Assembly (NCBI GenBank): GCA_965277285.1
Contig: OZ255721.1
Location: 896,001 to 960,000, forward strand
Length of the DNA: 64,000 bases
Origin: Abditibacteriaceae bacterium
GTDB taxonomy: Bacteria; Armatimonadota; Abditibacteriia; Abditibacteriales; Abditibacteriaceae
Direction of reading: 5' to 3'
Position numbers and translations under genes: made by a program. The notes below the pieces were generated by a model. The model saw only the letters and a program-made list of their open reading frames with translations. It made no database searches and was not told the origin of the DNA. Positions 37,728 through 48,457 of the stretch are shown one piece after another (position 1 is the stretch's first letter; the number at the start of each line of letters is the position of its first letter).

Positions 37728-38603
37728 TTAATTTCCTTGCGTCTCCGCGTCTTTGCGGTTCATTGCCACGCGCTCTTTCATCGCCTCGAGTACTCGATCC
37801 GGCACGGCGGCTCCTGTATTCGTCACACCCAATTGGATGTCGGGCTTGCTCAGTCCATGCCAATCGCTGCCGCCACTTTCCAGCAAACCAAACTTTTGAC
37901 GCGCCGCTTCGGCCCAACGCGCTTCGTCTTTGGTGTAACGCGAGTAAAAAGTTTCTATGCCGTCCAAACCCCAACTCATCCAATCGCCCAGCTTTTCTTC
38001 GAGTTGCGCCAGCGTGAAATTGCGATTGAGCGGCGGATGCGCCCACACCGAAACGCCGCCCGCCTGGTGAATCAAGCCGATGGCATCTTTGGGCGAAAGC
38101 ACGGCTTTGGTCGCATACGCCGGTTTGCCGTCCGCCAGGTAACGGTCGAAGGCTTCCTGCGTTGTCGCCACATAACCGCGTTGAATCATCGCCTGCGCGA
38201 AATGCGGACGACCAAGCTGGCCATGTTCTCCAGCGAAAACGCGCACTTCGCGTTCTTCGAGCGGCAAACCCAGTTCGCGCAAATTGTCTAAAATCTCGCC
38301 GTTGCGGTTTTTACGCGCCGCTTGAATCGTTTCGAGTACTCGAATCAGTTCCGAATCGGGATTGATGTAATACGCCAGCAAGTGAAAACGCCCGCCTTCA
38401 TAGGAAGTCGAAAGTTCCACGCCGGGCACGATTTCAACGCCCAATTTTTCACCGGCGGCGAACGCTTCATCCCAGCCATAAATCGTGTCGTGATCGGTCA
38501 CGCCAAGGGCGCTTAAACCTTGCTTTTTGGCGAGTTCAACCAATTGCGTCGGCGTCAGCGAACCATCGGAGGCGTTGGTGTGCGCGTGTAAATCGAGAGA
38601 CAT
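37728..38603 (-). CDS. PHP domain phosphoesterase
   Basis: DLHAHTNASDG, TDHDT, GRPHFA and GGSDWHG. Confidence 0.92.
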   Translation of the reverse strand: MSLDLHAHTNASDGSLTPTQLVELAKKQGLSALGVTDHDTIYGWDEAFAAGEKLGVEIVPGVELSTSYEGGRFHLLAYYINPDSELIRVLETIQAARKNRNGEILDNLRELGLPLEEREVRVFAGEHGQLGRPHFAQAMIQRGYVATTQEAFDRYLADGKPAYATKAVLSPKDAIGLIHQAGGVSVWAHPPLNRNFTLAQLEEKLGDWMSWGLDGIETFYSRYTKDEARWAEAARQKFGLLESGGSDWHGLSKPDIQLGVTNTGAAVPDRVLEAMKERVAMNRKDAETQGN

Positions 38604-38737
38604 AAAGAAAATGATGAATACGGAATGATGAATGATGAATAACGAACCTGAAGCGTGAGCGACGGGTGAAAACTAACAGTTACATCCAAACTCAAAGTTC
38701 ACCCGTCGCTTACGCTCGGGGTTCGTTGTTCGAGGCG

Positions 38738-39298
38738 TTATCGAGTACTCGAAATGAGTTGTCGTGCTTCCAGATACGCCAAAATCTTGTGCACCGAATC
38801 TTCGACCGATTCACGGTCGCTTTCGACTGTAATGTCGGGGTTTTGTGGTTCTTCATAAGGGTCGGAAACGCCGGTGAAGTTCTGGATTTCACCGGACAGC
38901 GCCTTCTTATATAAGCCTTTCACGTCGCGCGCCACAAGGGCATCGAGCGAGGCGCGGCAATAGACTTCGACGAAAGTGGCGCCATCGGCTTCGGTCATTT
39001 CGCGGCATTCTTCGCGCACATTGGCATAAGGCGAAATGGCGGCGGAAAGCGCGATCACGCCGTTGCGTGCCAGCAGGCTGCACACGAAACCGATGCGGCG
39101 AATGTTGATATCACGGTCTTCCTTGCTGAAACCCAGACCTTTGCTGAGATGCGTGCGCACAATGTCGCCGTCCAAAACTTCGACGCGATAACCGCGACGC
39201 GAAAACTCATCGTATAAGCTGTCGGTCAAGGTGCTTTTGCCCGAACCGGACAAACCCGTGAACCACAACGTGAAACCCTGATGCAACTCTGTTTGCAA
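38738..39298 (-). CDS. cysC: Adenylyl-sulfate kinase
   Basis: [23 protein letters not shown] and FTGVSDPYE; probable TTG start after GAGG. Confidence 0.95.
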   Translation of the reverse strand: MQTELHQGFTLWFTGLSGSGKSTLTDSLYDEFSRRGYRVEVLDGDIVRTHLSKGLGFSKEDRDINIRRIGFVCSLLARNGVIALSAAISPYANVREECREMTEADGATFVEVYCRASLDALVARDVKGLYKKALSGEIQNFTGVSDPYEEPQNPDITVESDRESVEDSVHKILAYLEARQLISSTR

Positions 39299-39472
39299 CC
39301 GAACACCTCGTTTCTTAAAATCCGTAAAATCGTTTTGTATTCTATCGCAAACGCCCGCCGTTGTTGAATGCTGGCATCGAGTACTCGAATCCACTTTTGA
39401 CACGTTTTCGCGCCCTCGTTACACTCGCGGTGCTTTCGTTTTCGTTCGACCTTTCACTTTCTTCTTTCTCGC

Positions 39473-40225
39473 ATGAACATTCCACCCGTCGAAGGTTCGC
39501 CGTCACCCGAAAATGAAACGCCCGCGCTCGTCGAAACTGCCTCGACTTCAATCGGGACGCCTGCGGTTGCCGCGCCTTCCATCACGCGCCAGATCATCGA
39601 CAGCATCGCGTTCGCGTTCTCGGCAATTCTTTCGCCGTATCTCGTCATTCCCTTTGGAACCGTCGGCATTGTCGCCACGCAATCGTTTTCGCGTCGCACC
39701 TTTGTTTTGTGGACGTTTCTCAGCGTTTTATTCTCGACTGTAATCCCCGCGATTTACGTTCTGATTCAAATCGCGCGCGGCAAAATCACTGACGTTCACG
39801 TCATGGAACGCGAGCAACGCGGCGGGCCGTTTTTGGTCGCTGTGATTTCGGTCGCCATTGGCGCCTTTGTCTTGCGCGCTATTGGTGCGCCCGCGGTGGT
39901 GTGGGGCATCGGCCTCATTCTGCTGGTGAATGGTTTGGTGCTTTCATACATCACCAACTTTTGGAAGATTTCGATGCACGTCGCGGTTTTAACGTCCGTC
40001 GTTATCGCCTGCATTATCTTGATTCCAAACGTCGGCTTCTGGCGCCTGGTATGGATGATTCCCGCCTTGATGTGGGCGCGCAAAATGCGTGGTCGCCATT
40101 CGCTGTGGCAAGGCATCGGCGGTTTCACTGTATCGGGCGCTTTAACCGCGCTCGTTTTCTATACAGTCAAATTGTGGCCGATTGTCGAAGGCGCTTTTCA
40201 TCGTTTGATAGTTCATGGCCATTGA
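39473..40225 (+). CDS. Membrane protein, PAP2-like
   Basis: Several TMs; WKISMH and R...GRH motifs. Confidence 0.7.
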   Translation: MNIPPVEGSPSPENETPALVETASTSIGTPAVAAPSITRQIIDSIAFAFSAILSPYLVIPFGTVGIVATQSFSRRTFVLWTFLSVLFSTVIPAIYVLIQIARGKITDVHVMEREQRGGPFLVAVISVAIGAFVLRAIGAPAVVWGIGLILLVNGLVLSYITNFWKISMHVAVLTSVVIACIILIPNVGFWRLVWMIPALMWARKMRGRHSLWQGIGGFTVSGALTALVFYTVKLWPIVEGAFHRLIVHGH

Positions 40226-40697
40226 TTACCCAGATTTCGAGTACTCGATTTCCGCATTTCCAATCATGGGAATCAAAATCTTCGTTTTGTCATCGAACGT
40301 TCATATCAAGAAAGAACACTTTACAAATGTCCTGGCGTCTTTGCCAAAACTGCAAGGTCAGGAAACAACGGGTTCGCCAGAAAACCGTCACTTTATGTGG
40401 CTGCCGTGTTGCAATCTCGCCGATGTTCAAACGCTGAAAAAAATGCGCGCGCTGTGGCGTTGGCCATTTGAAATGAATGAAGATGGCGATATTGATGCTC
40501 TGTTCTTCACCGGCGAAAAACGCGGCGATGAAAATTTGTTTTTCGCAGCTATCGCGCCTTACGTGTCTTCAGGAAGCGAAATCGTCGTTTTGAGTGAAGG
40601 CGATGGCGAAGGCTACAAAGTCTGGCGTTGGTTGTTCAACGGACAAGCGTGCCAGAAACAAAACGGCCACATGTTTTTGAATAACAAGCGCAAATAG
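40215..40697 (+). CDS. Hypothetical protein (start uncertain)
   Basis: GEKxGD...FAAIAPYV..GS...GxG...WRW pattern; fills the gap before the ligase. Confidence 0.55.
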   Translation: MAIDYPDFEYSISAFPIMGIKIFVLSSNVHIKKEHFTNVLASLPKLQGQETTGSPENRHFMWLPCCNLADVQTLKKMRALWRWPFEMNEDGDIDALFFTGEKRGDENLFFAAIAPYVSSGSEIVVLSEGDGEGYKVWRWLFNGQACQKQNGHMFLNNKRK

Positions 40698-40716
40698 AGT
40701 ACTCGAAACCTCTTTT

Positions 40717-42420
40717 ATGAACGCTGAAGAACCTCAAAACGCCGCCGCATTTCTCACGTTTTGCCAGGTCGCGGAACAAGTGGGCGCAACTGCCAAGCGC
40801 CTGGAGAAAGCAGCGTTTCTGGGCGACTATTTCGCGTCATTAAACGACGACGATCTGGTTTTGGCGGCGCGTTTTTTCGCAGGCAGCGTTTTTCCTTTGA
40901 AAGATCAACGCACTTTGAATATCGGCGGCGCGGCGTTGACCAAAGCACTGCTCGAAGTCTCGCAAGTCGATGAAAACGTGTTGCGCACGCGCCTGGTTCA
41001 ACTGGGCGACTTGGGCGATTTGGCGGGCGAAGTTCTGACAGATTCGAGTACTCAATTGCTGTGGTTGCGCGATATTGCGGCGAGTTTCACCGATCTGGCC
41101 GAAACCTCCGGCACCAAAAAGAAAACCGAATTCGTCATCACTTTGTTGCGAAAGTTATCGGCGCTCGAAGCGAAATACGCCATCAAATTGATGAGCGGCG
41201 ATTTGCGCATCGGCTTGAAAGAAGGCGCAGTCGAAGACGCGATTACGCGCGCCGCCAACGTCCTTGTCGCGCAAGTTCAATGGACAAATATGTTGACCGG
41301 CGACATCGGGCAAACCGCACTTTTGGCGCGCCATCATCAACTTGAAACCGCGAAATTGCAACTTTTCGCGCCGATTAAATTCATGCTCGCTTCGCCTGCA
41401 GCGGATCTGGAAGAAGTCGCGCGACAAATGCCCGACAATTTTGTGGTGGAAGACAAATACGACGGCATTCGCGCGCAGGCGCACATCGCGCCAAACTCAA
41501 TCGAGTACTCGAAAGCGCATGGAACAGTCGTTAAAGATGAATGCGTCGCGCTTTTTTCGCGCACTTTGGATGAAATCACGCGCTCGTTTCCCGACTTGCT
41601 GCAACCTTTGGCGAACCTTCTGCACAACAACGACGGCCTGATTTTAGACGGCGAAATCGTGCCGATTCGGGGCGACAAAATCCTGCCGTTTCAAGAATTG
41701 CAAAAACGCTTGGGACGCAAAACTTTGAGCGACGAAGTTCTATCGCAAATTCCCGTCGCCTTTGTGATTTACGACATTTTGTATGGCGCCAATCGCGTCC
41801 TAATGAACGAGTCTTTCTCAATTCGTCGCGCCGCTTTAGAAACGCTGCCAACGGACAAAATGAGAACACGTCGCGCGCCATCGCAAAATTTTTCGGACGC
41901 CAAATTATTGGATGAGGAATTTGTGGCGGCGCGCGCGCGCGGCAACGAAGGCTTGATGGTGAAAGACCCGCGCGCTTCTTACAAACCCGGGCGGCGCGGG
42001 CGCGAATGGCTCAAAATCAAAAAGGCTTTGGCGACCTTAGATGTCGTGGTGACGAGCGTCGAAGTCGGTAACGGGCGCCGCAGCAAGTTCCTTTCAGATT
42101 TCACTTTCGCCGTGCGTGCCTCAGAAACCGACGCGACTTTGCTCAACGTCGGCAAAGCGTATTCCGGCCTGACGGACGCTGAAATCGGCGAACTGTCCGA
42201 ATGGTTCAAGGCGCACACGACTGCGGAATTCGCGCACGGCAAAGTTCGCGTCGTCGAACCGAAGATCGTTTTGGAAATTACCTTCGACCGCGTGCAGCCT
42301 TCGCCGCGCCACAAAAGCGGTTTCGCTCTGCGCTTCCCACGCATTCTGCGACTGCGCCCCGACAAACCCGTCGCAGAAATCGACACGCTGGAAACTGTCA
42401 GAAAATTAGCGAAAAGTTAA
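40717..42420 (+). CDS. ATP-dependent DNA ligase
   Basis: EDKYDGIR, ILDGE, EGLMVK, WLKIK and ALRFPR. Confidence 0.95.
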   Translation: MNAEEPQNAAAFLTFCQVAEQVGATAKRLEKAAFLGDYFASLNDDDLVLAARFFAGSVFPLKDQRTLNIGGAALTKALLEVSQVDENVLRTRLVQLGDLGDLAGEVLTDSSTQLLWLRDIAASFTDLAETSGTKKKTEFVITLLRKLSALEAKYAIKLMSGDLRIGLKEGAVEDAITRAANVLVAQVQWTNMLTGDIGQTALLARHHQLETAKLQLFAPIKFMLASPAADLEEVARQMPDNFVVEDKYDGIRAQAHIAPNSIEYSKAHGTVVKDECVALFSRTLDEITRSFPDLLQPLANLLHNNDGLILDGEIVPIRGDKILPFQELQKRLGRKTLSDEVLSQIPVAFVIYDILYGANRVLMNESFSIRRAALETLPTDKMRTRRAPSQNFSDAKLLDEEFVAARARGNEGLMVKDPRASYKPGRRGREWLKIKKALATLDVVVTSVEVGNGRRSKFLSDFTFAVRASETDATLLNVGKAYSGLTDAEIGELSEWFKAHTTAEFAHGKVRVVEPKIVLEITFDRVQPSPRHKSGFALRFPRILRLRPDKPVAEIDTLETVRKLAKS

Positions 42421-42445
42421 GCGCATCGAGTACTCGAACCACGAT

Positions 42446-43201
42446 TTACAAGTGCCCGAAATACAGGTTCGTATCGTAATCGAAAGAAACAATGCCATTT
42501 GTTTGATGCGCCTCGAAAATACGCTGCAATTCTTCGAGCATGGGCAAAGAGCGCGCATCGTTTTCATCGGGCGCGTAAGAACTTGAGAGCAAGCGGCCGC
42601 GCAGTCCCGCGAAATCAAAGGTTTGCGCGTTCTCGAAACGACGGCTTTCAAAACCGTTTTCGCCAAAGAATTGCGATAGAACCTTGTCATCAATGCGCGT
42701 ATGATCGACTTCCGCGTAATCCGTCCCAAAGGTTTGCAGCAATTGTTCGTAGTCGCGCAAAAATGGCGTGCTGTCCATGCGACGTGCGTTCCAGACCAGC
42801 ACAATCCAGCCATCGGCTTTGCGAATGCGCCCAAATTCGGTTCGACACAGTGCGTGATCGAACCAGTGAAACGCTTGTCCCGCTGTCACGAAATCGGCGC
42901 TCGCATTCGGCAAAGTTGTGTTTTCCGCGGTGCCGTTGATGCTGCGAAAGTTCGAGTACTCGAAGAGCAGTTTTTCGCCGGCTTGTCGCATGGCCAGGTT
43001 GGGTTCCACGCCGAAAACCACGTTGCCGTTGCGCAACAACACTTCGCTCAAAAGTCCAGTTCCCGAACCAATATCGGCGATAACGTGGTCGGGCGCGAGC
43101 GCGCATTCGCTTTGCAAGGTTTGCAAAACCTGCGGCGGATAAGACGGACGATATTTGATGTAATTTTCGACGCGATTTGAAAAACGATGGAGAGAAGACA
43201 T
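42446..43201 (-). CDS. Class I SAM-dependent methyltransferase
   Basis: YRPSYP, ADIGSGTG and AGQAFHWF. Confidence 0.9.
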   Translation of the reverse strand: MSSLHRFSNRVENYIKYRPSYPPQVLQTLQSECALAPDHVIADIGSGTGLLSEVLLRNGNVVFGVEPNLAMRQAGEKLLFEYSNFRSINGTAENTTLPNASADFVTAGQAFHWFDHALCRTEFGRIRKADGWIVLVWNARRMDSTPFLRDYEQLLQTFGTDYAEVDHTRIDDKVLSQFFGENGFESRRFENAQTFDFAGLRGRLLSSSYAPDENDARSLPMLEELQRIFEAHQTNGIVSFDYDTNLYFGHL

Positions 43202-43247
43202 AACTTGTAGCGTAGCAAAACGCAAAATAATTTCAATCCGCTGCAGC

Positions 43248-44330
43248 TTACTCGTTCGAGTACTCGATGCGCAATTTGTTCAGCTTCGCCAGCATCAAGG
43301 ATGGATCAATCAATTGCTGCATCGCTTGACGCGCGGCATCCACATCAGCGCGCGACAGTTCTCCCATTTCAGACAACAACCGGCAACGCTCGAAGTGACA
43401 GCGTGCAAGAGCCGAATTGCATCCTTGGTTTTTCCAGTTCGCCAACTGGCGGTCGCGCGAATCCAAAACGTCGCGCCATTCTCCGCGCGCTTCACGTAAC
43501 GCAGCATAGGCTGCGGAGTAATCTGCCATACGCGCCATTTGATCGGCTGCCAGACGGCTCAAGCGTTTTGATTCGTCGAGCTTTCCTTCGTGGTGCAAAG
43601 ATAGTGCTTGCCACATTTGCAGTCCCAGCGTGAGCATACGCTGGTTTTTACGCCGTGCGTAAACTTCGCCATTTTGTGCGTGTTCCTTCAACTGTCCCCA
43701 GTCCTTCAAGTGGTAAGTCGTGAAACACAAATAGGCGTAAGCGGACGCCATATGAAAGTCCAGATCGAGCGTGGCTTGCGACACTAAATCGAAATACAGT
43801 TGAGCGGCCTCATGCGCTTTTTCCCAGTGTTCCAGTTCGAGTTCAAACGTGATACGCAGTTCTTGTATCTCGAATAGATGATCATCATACAAATCCGTTT
43901 GTGATGATACAAAGGTGAGCGCATCTTCAACTGCTGCTCTATAACCCATTGCGTCCACTTCGATGTGAACATTGATGAGGTCAATGTGAATCAGCAATTG
44001 TTGAGGACAACCGTTGTAAATCGGCTTGCGCGCTTCAACTACGGCGCGCACGGCGGCATTCAGAGCGACACGGTAGTCGCGCGCATTGTGCAATAACACC
44101 AACACGCGGCGGTGCATAAAGAAAACAACCCACCACGCTTCGCCCAAGGTTTGCGCCAAGGTGCGGCCTTCTTCGATGAGCGACAAAGCACGTCCTGGTT
44201 CAGTTTCCTCTACATCCCACGCTTCGCAGTGCAGCGTCCATAAACGCTGACGTTCCACGTCGCCTGCGGCTCGCGCGCGACGGGTAAAGTCGTGAACCCA
44301 ATCGTAAATCGTTCTGCCAGTCAATGCCAT
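43248..44330 (-). CDS. TPR-like helical protein, paralog 3
   Basis: High visible similarity to 44373-45473; shared EARKP.Y.GC motif. Confidence 0.75.
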   Translation of the reverse strand: MALTGRTIYDWVHDFTRRARAAGDVERQRLWTLHCEAWDVEETEPGRALSLIEEGRTLAQTLGEAWWVVFFMHRRVLVLLHNARDYRVALNAAVRAVVEARKPIYNGCPQQLLIHIDLINVHIEVDAMGYRAAVEDALTFVSSQTDLYDDHLFEIQELRITFELELEHWEKAHEAAQLYFDLVSQATLDLDFHMASAYAYLCFTTYHLKDWGQLKEHAQNGEVYARRKNQRMLTLGLQMWQALSLHHEGKLDESKRLSRLAADQMARMADYSAAYAALREARGEWRDVLDSRDRQLANWKNQGCNSALARCHFERCRLLSEMGELSRADVDAARQAMQQLIDPSLMLAKLNKLRIEYSNE

Positions 44331-44372
44331 AAGAATTGTGTTTGTAGGGGCTTGGCACGCCAAGCCCTTAAT

Positions 44373-45473
44373 TTATTCACCAATCGAGTACTCGATACGC
44401 AATTGTTCCAGCTTCGTCAACATAATTGAAGGATCAATCAATTGCTGCATTGACTGACGCGCGATTTCTATATCGTTTCGTGTCAACTTTCCCATTTCCG
44501 ATAACAAACGACAGCGTTCATATTGACAGCGCGCGGTGGCGGAATGGCGCCCGCTGTTGGCTAAGACAGACAGTTCGTGGTCGCGCACTTTGAGGGCTTC
44601 GCGCCATTGGCCGCGCGCTTCACGAATCGCCGCATAGACTTCAAAATAATCGTCGGATGGAACCGAAGCCAGACGCGTCATTTGTGCCGCAGCCAAACGA
44701 CTTAAACGTTTCGATTCGTCGCTTTTCCCTTCGTGCTGCAACGACAAAGCCTGACACATTTGCAAGGTTGAAGTCAGCGCGCGGCGATCTTCACGACGCG
44801 CGTAAACTTCGCCGTTTTGCGCGTGTTCCTTCAATTGCGCCCAATCGTTGAGACGATAAACGGCGCTGCACAAATTGGCGTAGGCGCTGCCCACATAATA
44901 GTTCAAATCGAGCGTGGCCTGCGACGCCAAATCGAAATACAAGCGCGCTTCGTCATGCGCTTTCTGCCAGTTTTCTAATTCGAGTTCCAACGCCATACGT
45001 AGGCTTTGCATCACGAAAATGTGATCGTCGCACAAATTCTTTTGCGATGACAAAAACGTCAACGCTTCTTCAATTTTCGCTCGATAACCGACCGCATCGA
45101 CTTCGATATAAGCGCTGATGAGGTCGATGTGAATCAAAAGTTGATGTGGACAGCCGTCGTAAATCGGCTTGCGCGCTTCGATGACCGCGCGCACGGCAGC
45201 ATCCAAAGCAGCGTGATAATCGCGCGTATAATAAAGCATGAGCGACACGCGGCGATGCACGAAGAAAATGACCCACCACGCTTCGCCCAGGGTGTGCGCG
45301 AGCGTGCGGCCTTCTTCGATGAGCGACAAGGCGCGGTCGGGTTCAGTTTCCCTCAGCGCCCACGAATCGCGGTGCAACGTCCACAAACGCTGGAGATCAA
45401 GGTCGCCCGCAGCTTGTGCGCGACGCAAAAAATCGAAAACCCAATCGTAAATTGTTCTGCCAGTGAGTGCCAT
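44373..45473 (-). CDS. TPR-like helical protein, paralog 2
   Basis: MALTGRTIYDWV start shared with paralog 3. Confidence 0.75.
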   Translation of the reverse strand: MALTGRTIYDWVFDFLRRAQAAGDLDLQRLWTLHRDSWALRETEPDRALSLIEEGRTLAHTLGEAWWVIFFVHRRVSLMLYYTRDYHAALDAAVRAVIEARKPIYDGCPHQLLIHIDLISAYIEVDAVGYRAKIEEALTFLSSQKNLCDDHIFVMQSLRMALELELENWQKAHDEARLYFDLASQATLDLNYYVGSAYANLCSAVYRLNDWAQLKEHAQNGEVYARREDRRALTSTLQMCQALSLQHEGKSDESKRLSRLAAAQMTRLASVPSDDYFEVYAAIREARGQWREALKVRDHELSVLANSGRHSATARCQYERCRLLSEMGKLTRNDIEIARQSMQQLIDPSIMLTKLEQLRIEYSIGE

Positions 45474-45521
45474 AAAATGTGTTTGTGTCTTGAACGGGCT
45501 TGGCGCGCCAAACCCCTACGT

Positions 45522-46625
45522 TCATTCGCCATTCGAGTACTCGATGCGCAATTGTTCCAGCTTTTGCAGCGCCTTTTCAGGAAGAATCAAACGCTGCGCA
45601 ATGTCGCGCGCCGTTTGCAAATCGCTTGCAGTCAAACGTCCCAATTCTCCTAATAATTGACACCGATGTTGATGTCCACGCGCTTCCAAAGCGTTTTGAC
45701 CTTTGTCTCGCAAACGTTCGAGTTGACTTTCGCGGGTTTTTAACGACAGTTCCAAATCGCCTTTGGCTTCGTGAAACGCGCACGCGGCGTCGAAATATCC
45801 GGGCCACGGCGTCGCGCCCAGCGAAGAGGCGATTTGCAGCGCGCTTCGATAATGGCGCGTGGCGTCGTTTTCCATTTTCAAGTGGCGTTCGGACAAGGCG
45901 CGCCACATCAAGAGTTCGACCAGATGAAGCGCGTTGTCGCGGCGGCGCGCGCATTCTTCGCCGCTTTTCGAGTACTCGAATATGTCATTCCAGCGTTGTC
46001 GTTGGTTCGCCACACGGCACAAGCGATAGAACGCATTGGACGAGTAATGATAGCGGCTCAAGGGTTCGGACGATCTCTGCGCTTCGGCTAAATAAGCGAG
46101 TGCCGCTTCGTGCGCCTGCTGCCAATCATTTGTGCCGCAACCGAGTTCTTTTTCAAACAGAAAATCGCTGCGCGCCTCGTGCATCATAAAAACGCAACTG
46201 CCGAAGTTCGCGGCTTCGGTGTCCAAGAATTGCAACGCTTCGCGCACGCGCTCTTGGTAGCCGCAGGCATCGACGCCAGCATACGTCGCCACCAGATCAA
46301 TGTAAATATGGACGCGATGCTTGCAGCCCGCGTAAACCGGCTTGCGCGCTTCAATACTCGTACGCACCGCCAGATCGAGAGCGGCTTTGTAATCGCCCAG
46401 ACCCCAGCGCAAGGCTTGCAGCTTCCAATAGTCGCACATCAAAACCCACCACATTTCATTGTGCTGCAAGGCCAGAGCACGCGCTTGATCGAGCAGTTGC
46501 AGCCTGCGTTGCGGATCGCGGTAAGTCTCGTGCTGTGACGCAAAGAAAAGCTGCGCGATGCGCAAACGCTGTGAATCGCCGCTTTGAATCGCGCGCATAA
46601 TCCATTCTTCTGTCCAATCGCTCAT
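45522..46625 (-). CDS. TPR-like helical protein, paralog 1
   Basis: ATGA overlap with the Hsp90-like stop; EARKPVYAGC. Confidence 0.75.
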   Translation of the reverse strand: MSDWTEEWIMRAIQSGDSQRLRIAQLFFASQHETYRDPQRRLQLLDQARALALQHNEMWWVLMCDYWKLQALRWGLGDYKAALDLAVRTSIEARKPVYAGCKHRVHIYIDLVATYAGVDACGYQERVREALQFLDTEAANFGSCVFMMHEARSDFLFEKELGCGTNDWQQAHEAALAYLAEAQRSSEPLSRYHYSSNAFYRLCRVANQRQRWNDIFEYSKSGEECARRRDNALHLVELLMWRALSERHLKMENDATRHYRSALQIASSLGATPWPGYFDAACAFHEAKGDLELSLKTRESQLERLRDKGQNALEARGHQHRCQLLGELGRLTASDLQTARDIAQRLILPEKALQKLEQLRIEYSNGE

Positions 46626-48457
46626 GGCGGCAATCCATCCAAAGATTTGGTGATGTCGCCAAATGCGCTCGCCGCATCGTTGGCCGTCATCGTGCGACCC
46701 GAAAAAAGTCGCGCGATCTGTAAAATTAACGTGCAAATCGCGGCTTTTCCAGTACTCGATGGTTGCGATGCCAAGCGTCGCACCAGAGGGCACGACGCGT
46801 TGAGGAAAAGCGTGCCATCAATTTGTTTATCCGCCGCGAGGTTTTCGACGTAATCGCCCATCAAGCGCGCCAAAGGATCGGGGATTTCGCCTTCGCCCAT
46901 CGCTTTGCGCGATTCCAAAATGAACTCGGCGTCTTCGGGATAAAACATCAGCGCGGGCGTCTCGTGAGGCCGAAAACTGGCGACCTGCGCGCGCACGCCC
47001 TGACGATCATACCAGTTGATTAGCGAAATAAACGCGTCGTCTTCAATCGGGCGCAAAAGTTCGCTGCCTTCGCCATCCAACCTCACCAGATTGGTTCCGC
47101 TGTGACGAGCCGCATATTTATGCAAAAACGGCGCGACGGCAAACCACGACGCATCAATGACCGGCACGCCGTGACCTTCGGCCAGCATTTGCTCTTGCAG
47201 TGAACCCAGTTCGCGCGTCACGTAATACAACGTGCCGCCACTTTGTTCGGCGTATTCCGGCAACGTCAAATGCCCGCGCGACGTGCGAAAACTCACGATG
47301 TCGGCGACGGCTTCAAAGAAACTGTTGTCCTGCACTGCCCAACCGGTAATGACATCGCTATGACCGCGCACGATCTGCTTCCACACCTCAGGTTCTTCGT
47401 GCGCGACTTGTCGCAAACCGTCGGCGAGTTGTTCTTCCAGCGCGGTTTGAACCCATCCGAAAGTCTCGTCCTGATGAATGTCTTCGCGCGAGGCCGTCGG
47501 TTGCAAAAGCGGACAGTCAATCACGCCGCGCACGAAACGCGCCCACGGCGGCAACAAATTCCGCTCATCGCCGCGAATGAACATATTGCGAATAAAAACG
47601 CGCAAATCGCCATATTCGCGCAACGACGCGACCGAGCCTGGCGGCACAAACAGAAAACCGTTGAGCGGCAACGTCACATAATCGCGCCCCACGTCGATTT
47701 TCGCGTCGTGCAAAGGAATCACACACAACGGCGCGTCCGTCTTGAAAGCGCGCTCGATATAATTGCGCGTCGCGCTTTCCGCATCATCGGCGAGCCACGG
47801 CGCTTTCATCAAGTTGGCGGGCGTCGGATCGCCGTTCAGGTGAATCGCAATCGGCAGAAAATCGGCGTATTGGCGAATGATGTCGAGCAGCATATTTTCG
47901 CGCAACACGAACGACGCGCTGCCCTTAACTTCCAATTCAATGGTCGTGCCAGCTTCTTTGCGACGACTGGGACGCATTTCGTAATCTTCATTTCCCGTCG
48001 AGCGCCACTCAAACGCGTCGTCTTCGCTTTGTGTTTTGAATGAACGCGTGACGACGCGCACATGAGAGGCGAGCAAAAACGCGCTAAGAAATCCAAAGCC
48101 GAACTGACCGATCAAATCCGCGGCTTTGTCAGGCGACAGCAAACTCAGATTGTCGCGCAGTTCGCGCGTGTAAGAGCGCCCAATCGTCGCCAGATAATCT
48201 TCGATTTCGCTTTCGGTCAGGCCATAACCGTTGTCGCTGAAGGAAATGGTGCGGTTGGGCGCGTCAATCGAAATGTCGATGCGCGGCTGATAATTGGTTT
48301 CGTCCGCCTCGGTTCGGCGACGCGTGCAGCCATCGTGCGCGTTTTGAATCAGTTCGCGCACGGCGACTTGCTTGTTGGAATAAAGATGTTCGGCCAGAAC
48401 TTTCAAAAGTCCTGGCAAATGCAACTTGAACGGCTGCTTTTTGGTTTCTTCGCTCAC
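46622..48457 (-). CDS. Hsp90/HtpG-like GHKL ATPase (divergent paralog)
   Basis: HLYS, RELIQNAHD, DNGYG, IGQFGFGFLSAF and PTASRE; GTG start after AAGGAG. Confidence 0.88.
   Translation of the reverse strand: MSEETKKQPFKLHLPGLLKVLAEHLYSNKQVAVRELIQNAHDGCTRRRTEADETNYQPRIDISIDAPNRTISFSDNGYGLTESEIEDYLATIGRSYTRELRDNLSLLSPDKAADLIGQFGFGFLSAFLLASHVRVVTRSFKTQSEDDAFEWRSTGNEDYEMRPSRRKEAGTTIELEVKGSASFVLRENMLLDIIRQYADFLPIAIHLNGDPTPANLMKAPWLADDAESATRNYIERAFKTDAPLCVIPLHDAKIDVGRDYVTLPLNGFLFVPPGSVASLREYGDLRVFIRNMFIRGDERNLLPPWARFVRGVIDCPLLQPTASREDIHQDETFGWVQTALEEQLADGLRQVAHEEPEVWKQIVRGHSDVITGWAVQDNSFFEAVADIVSFRTSRGHLTLPEYAEQSGGTLYYVTRELGSLQEQMLAEGHGVPVIDASWFAVAPFLHKYAARHSGTNLVRLDGEGSELLRPIEDDAFISLINWYDRQGVRAQVASFRPHETPALMFYPEDAEFILESRKAMGEGEIPDPLARLMGDYVENLAADKQIDGTLFLNASCPLVRRLASQPSSTGKAAICTLILQIARLFSGRTMTANDAASAFGDITKSLDGLPP

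Noticed and set aside
42446..43201. SAM methyltransferase as the DNA methylase for the palindrome
   Set aside because: Looks like a small-molecule class I MTase; no DPPY/NPPY/SPPY or PC catalytic motif of DNA MTases.
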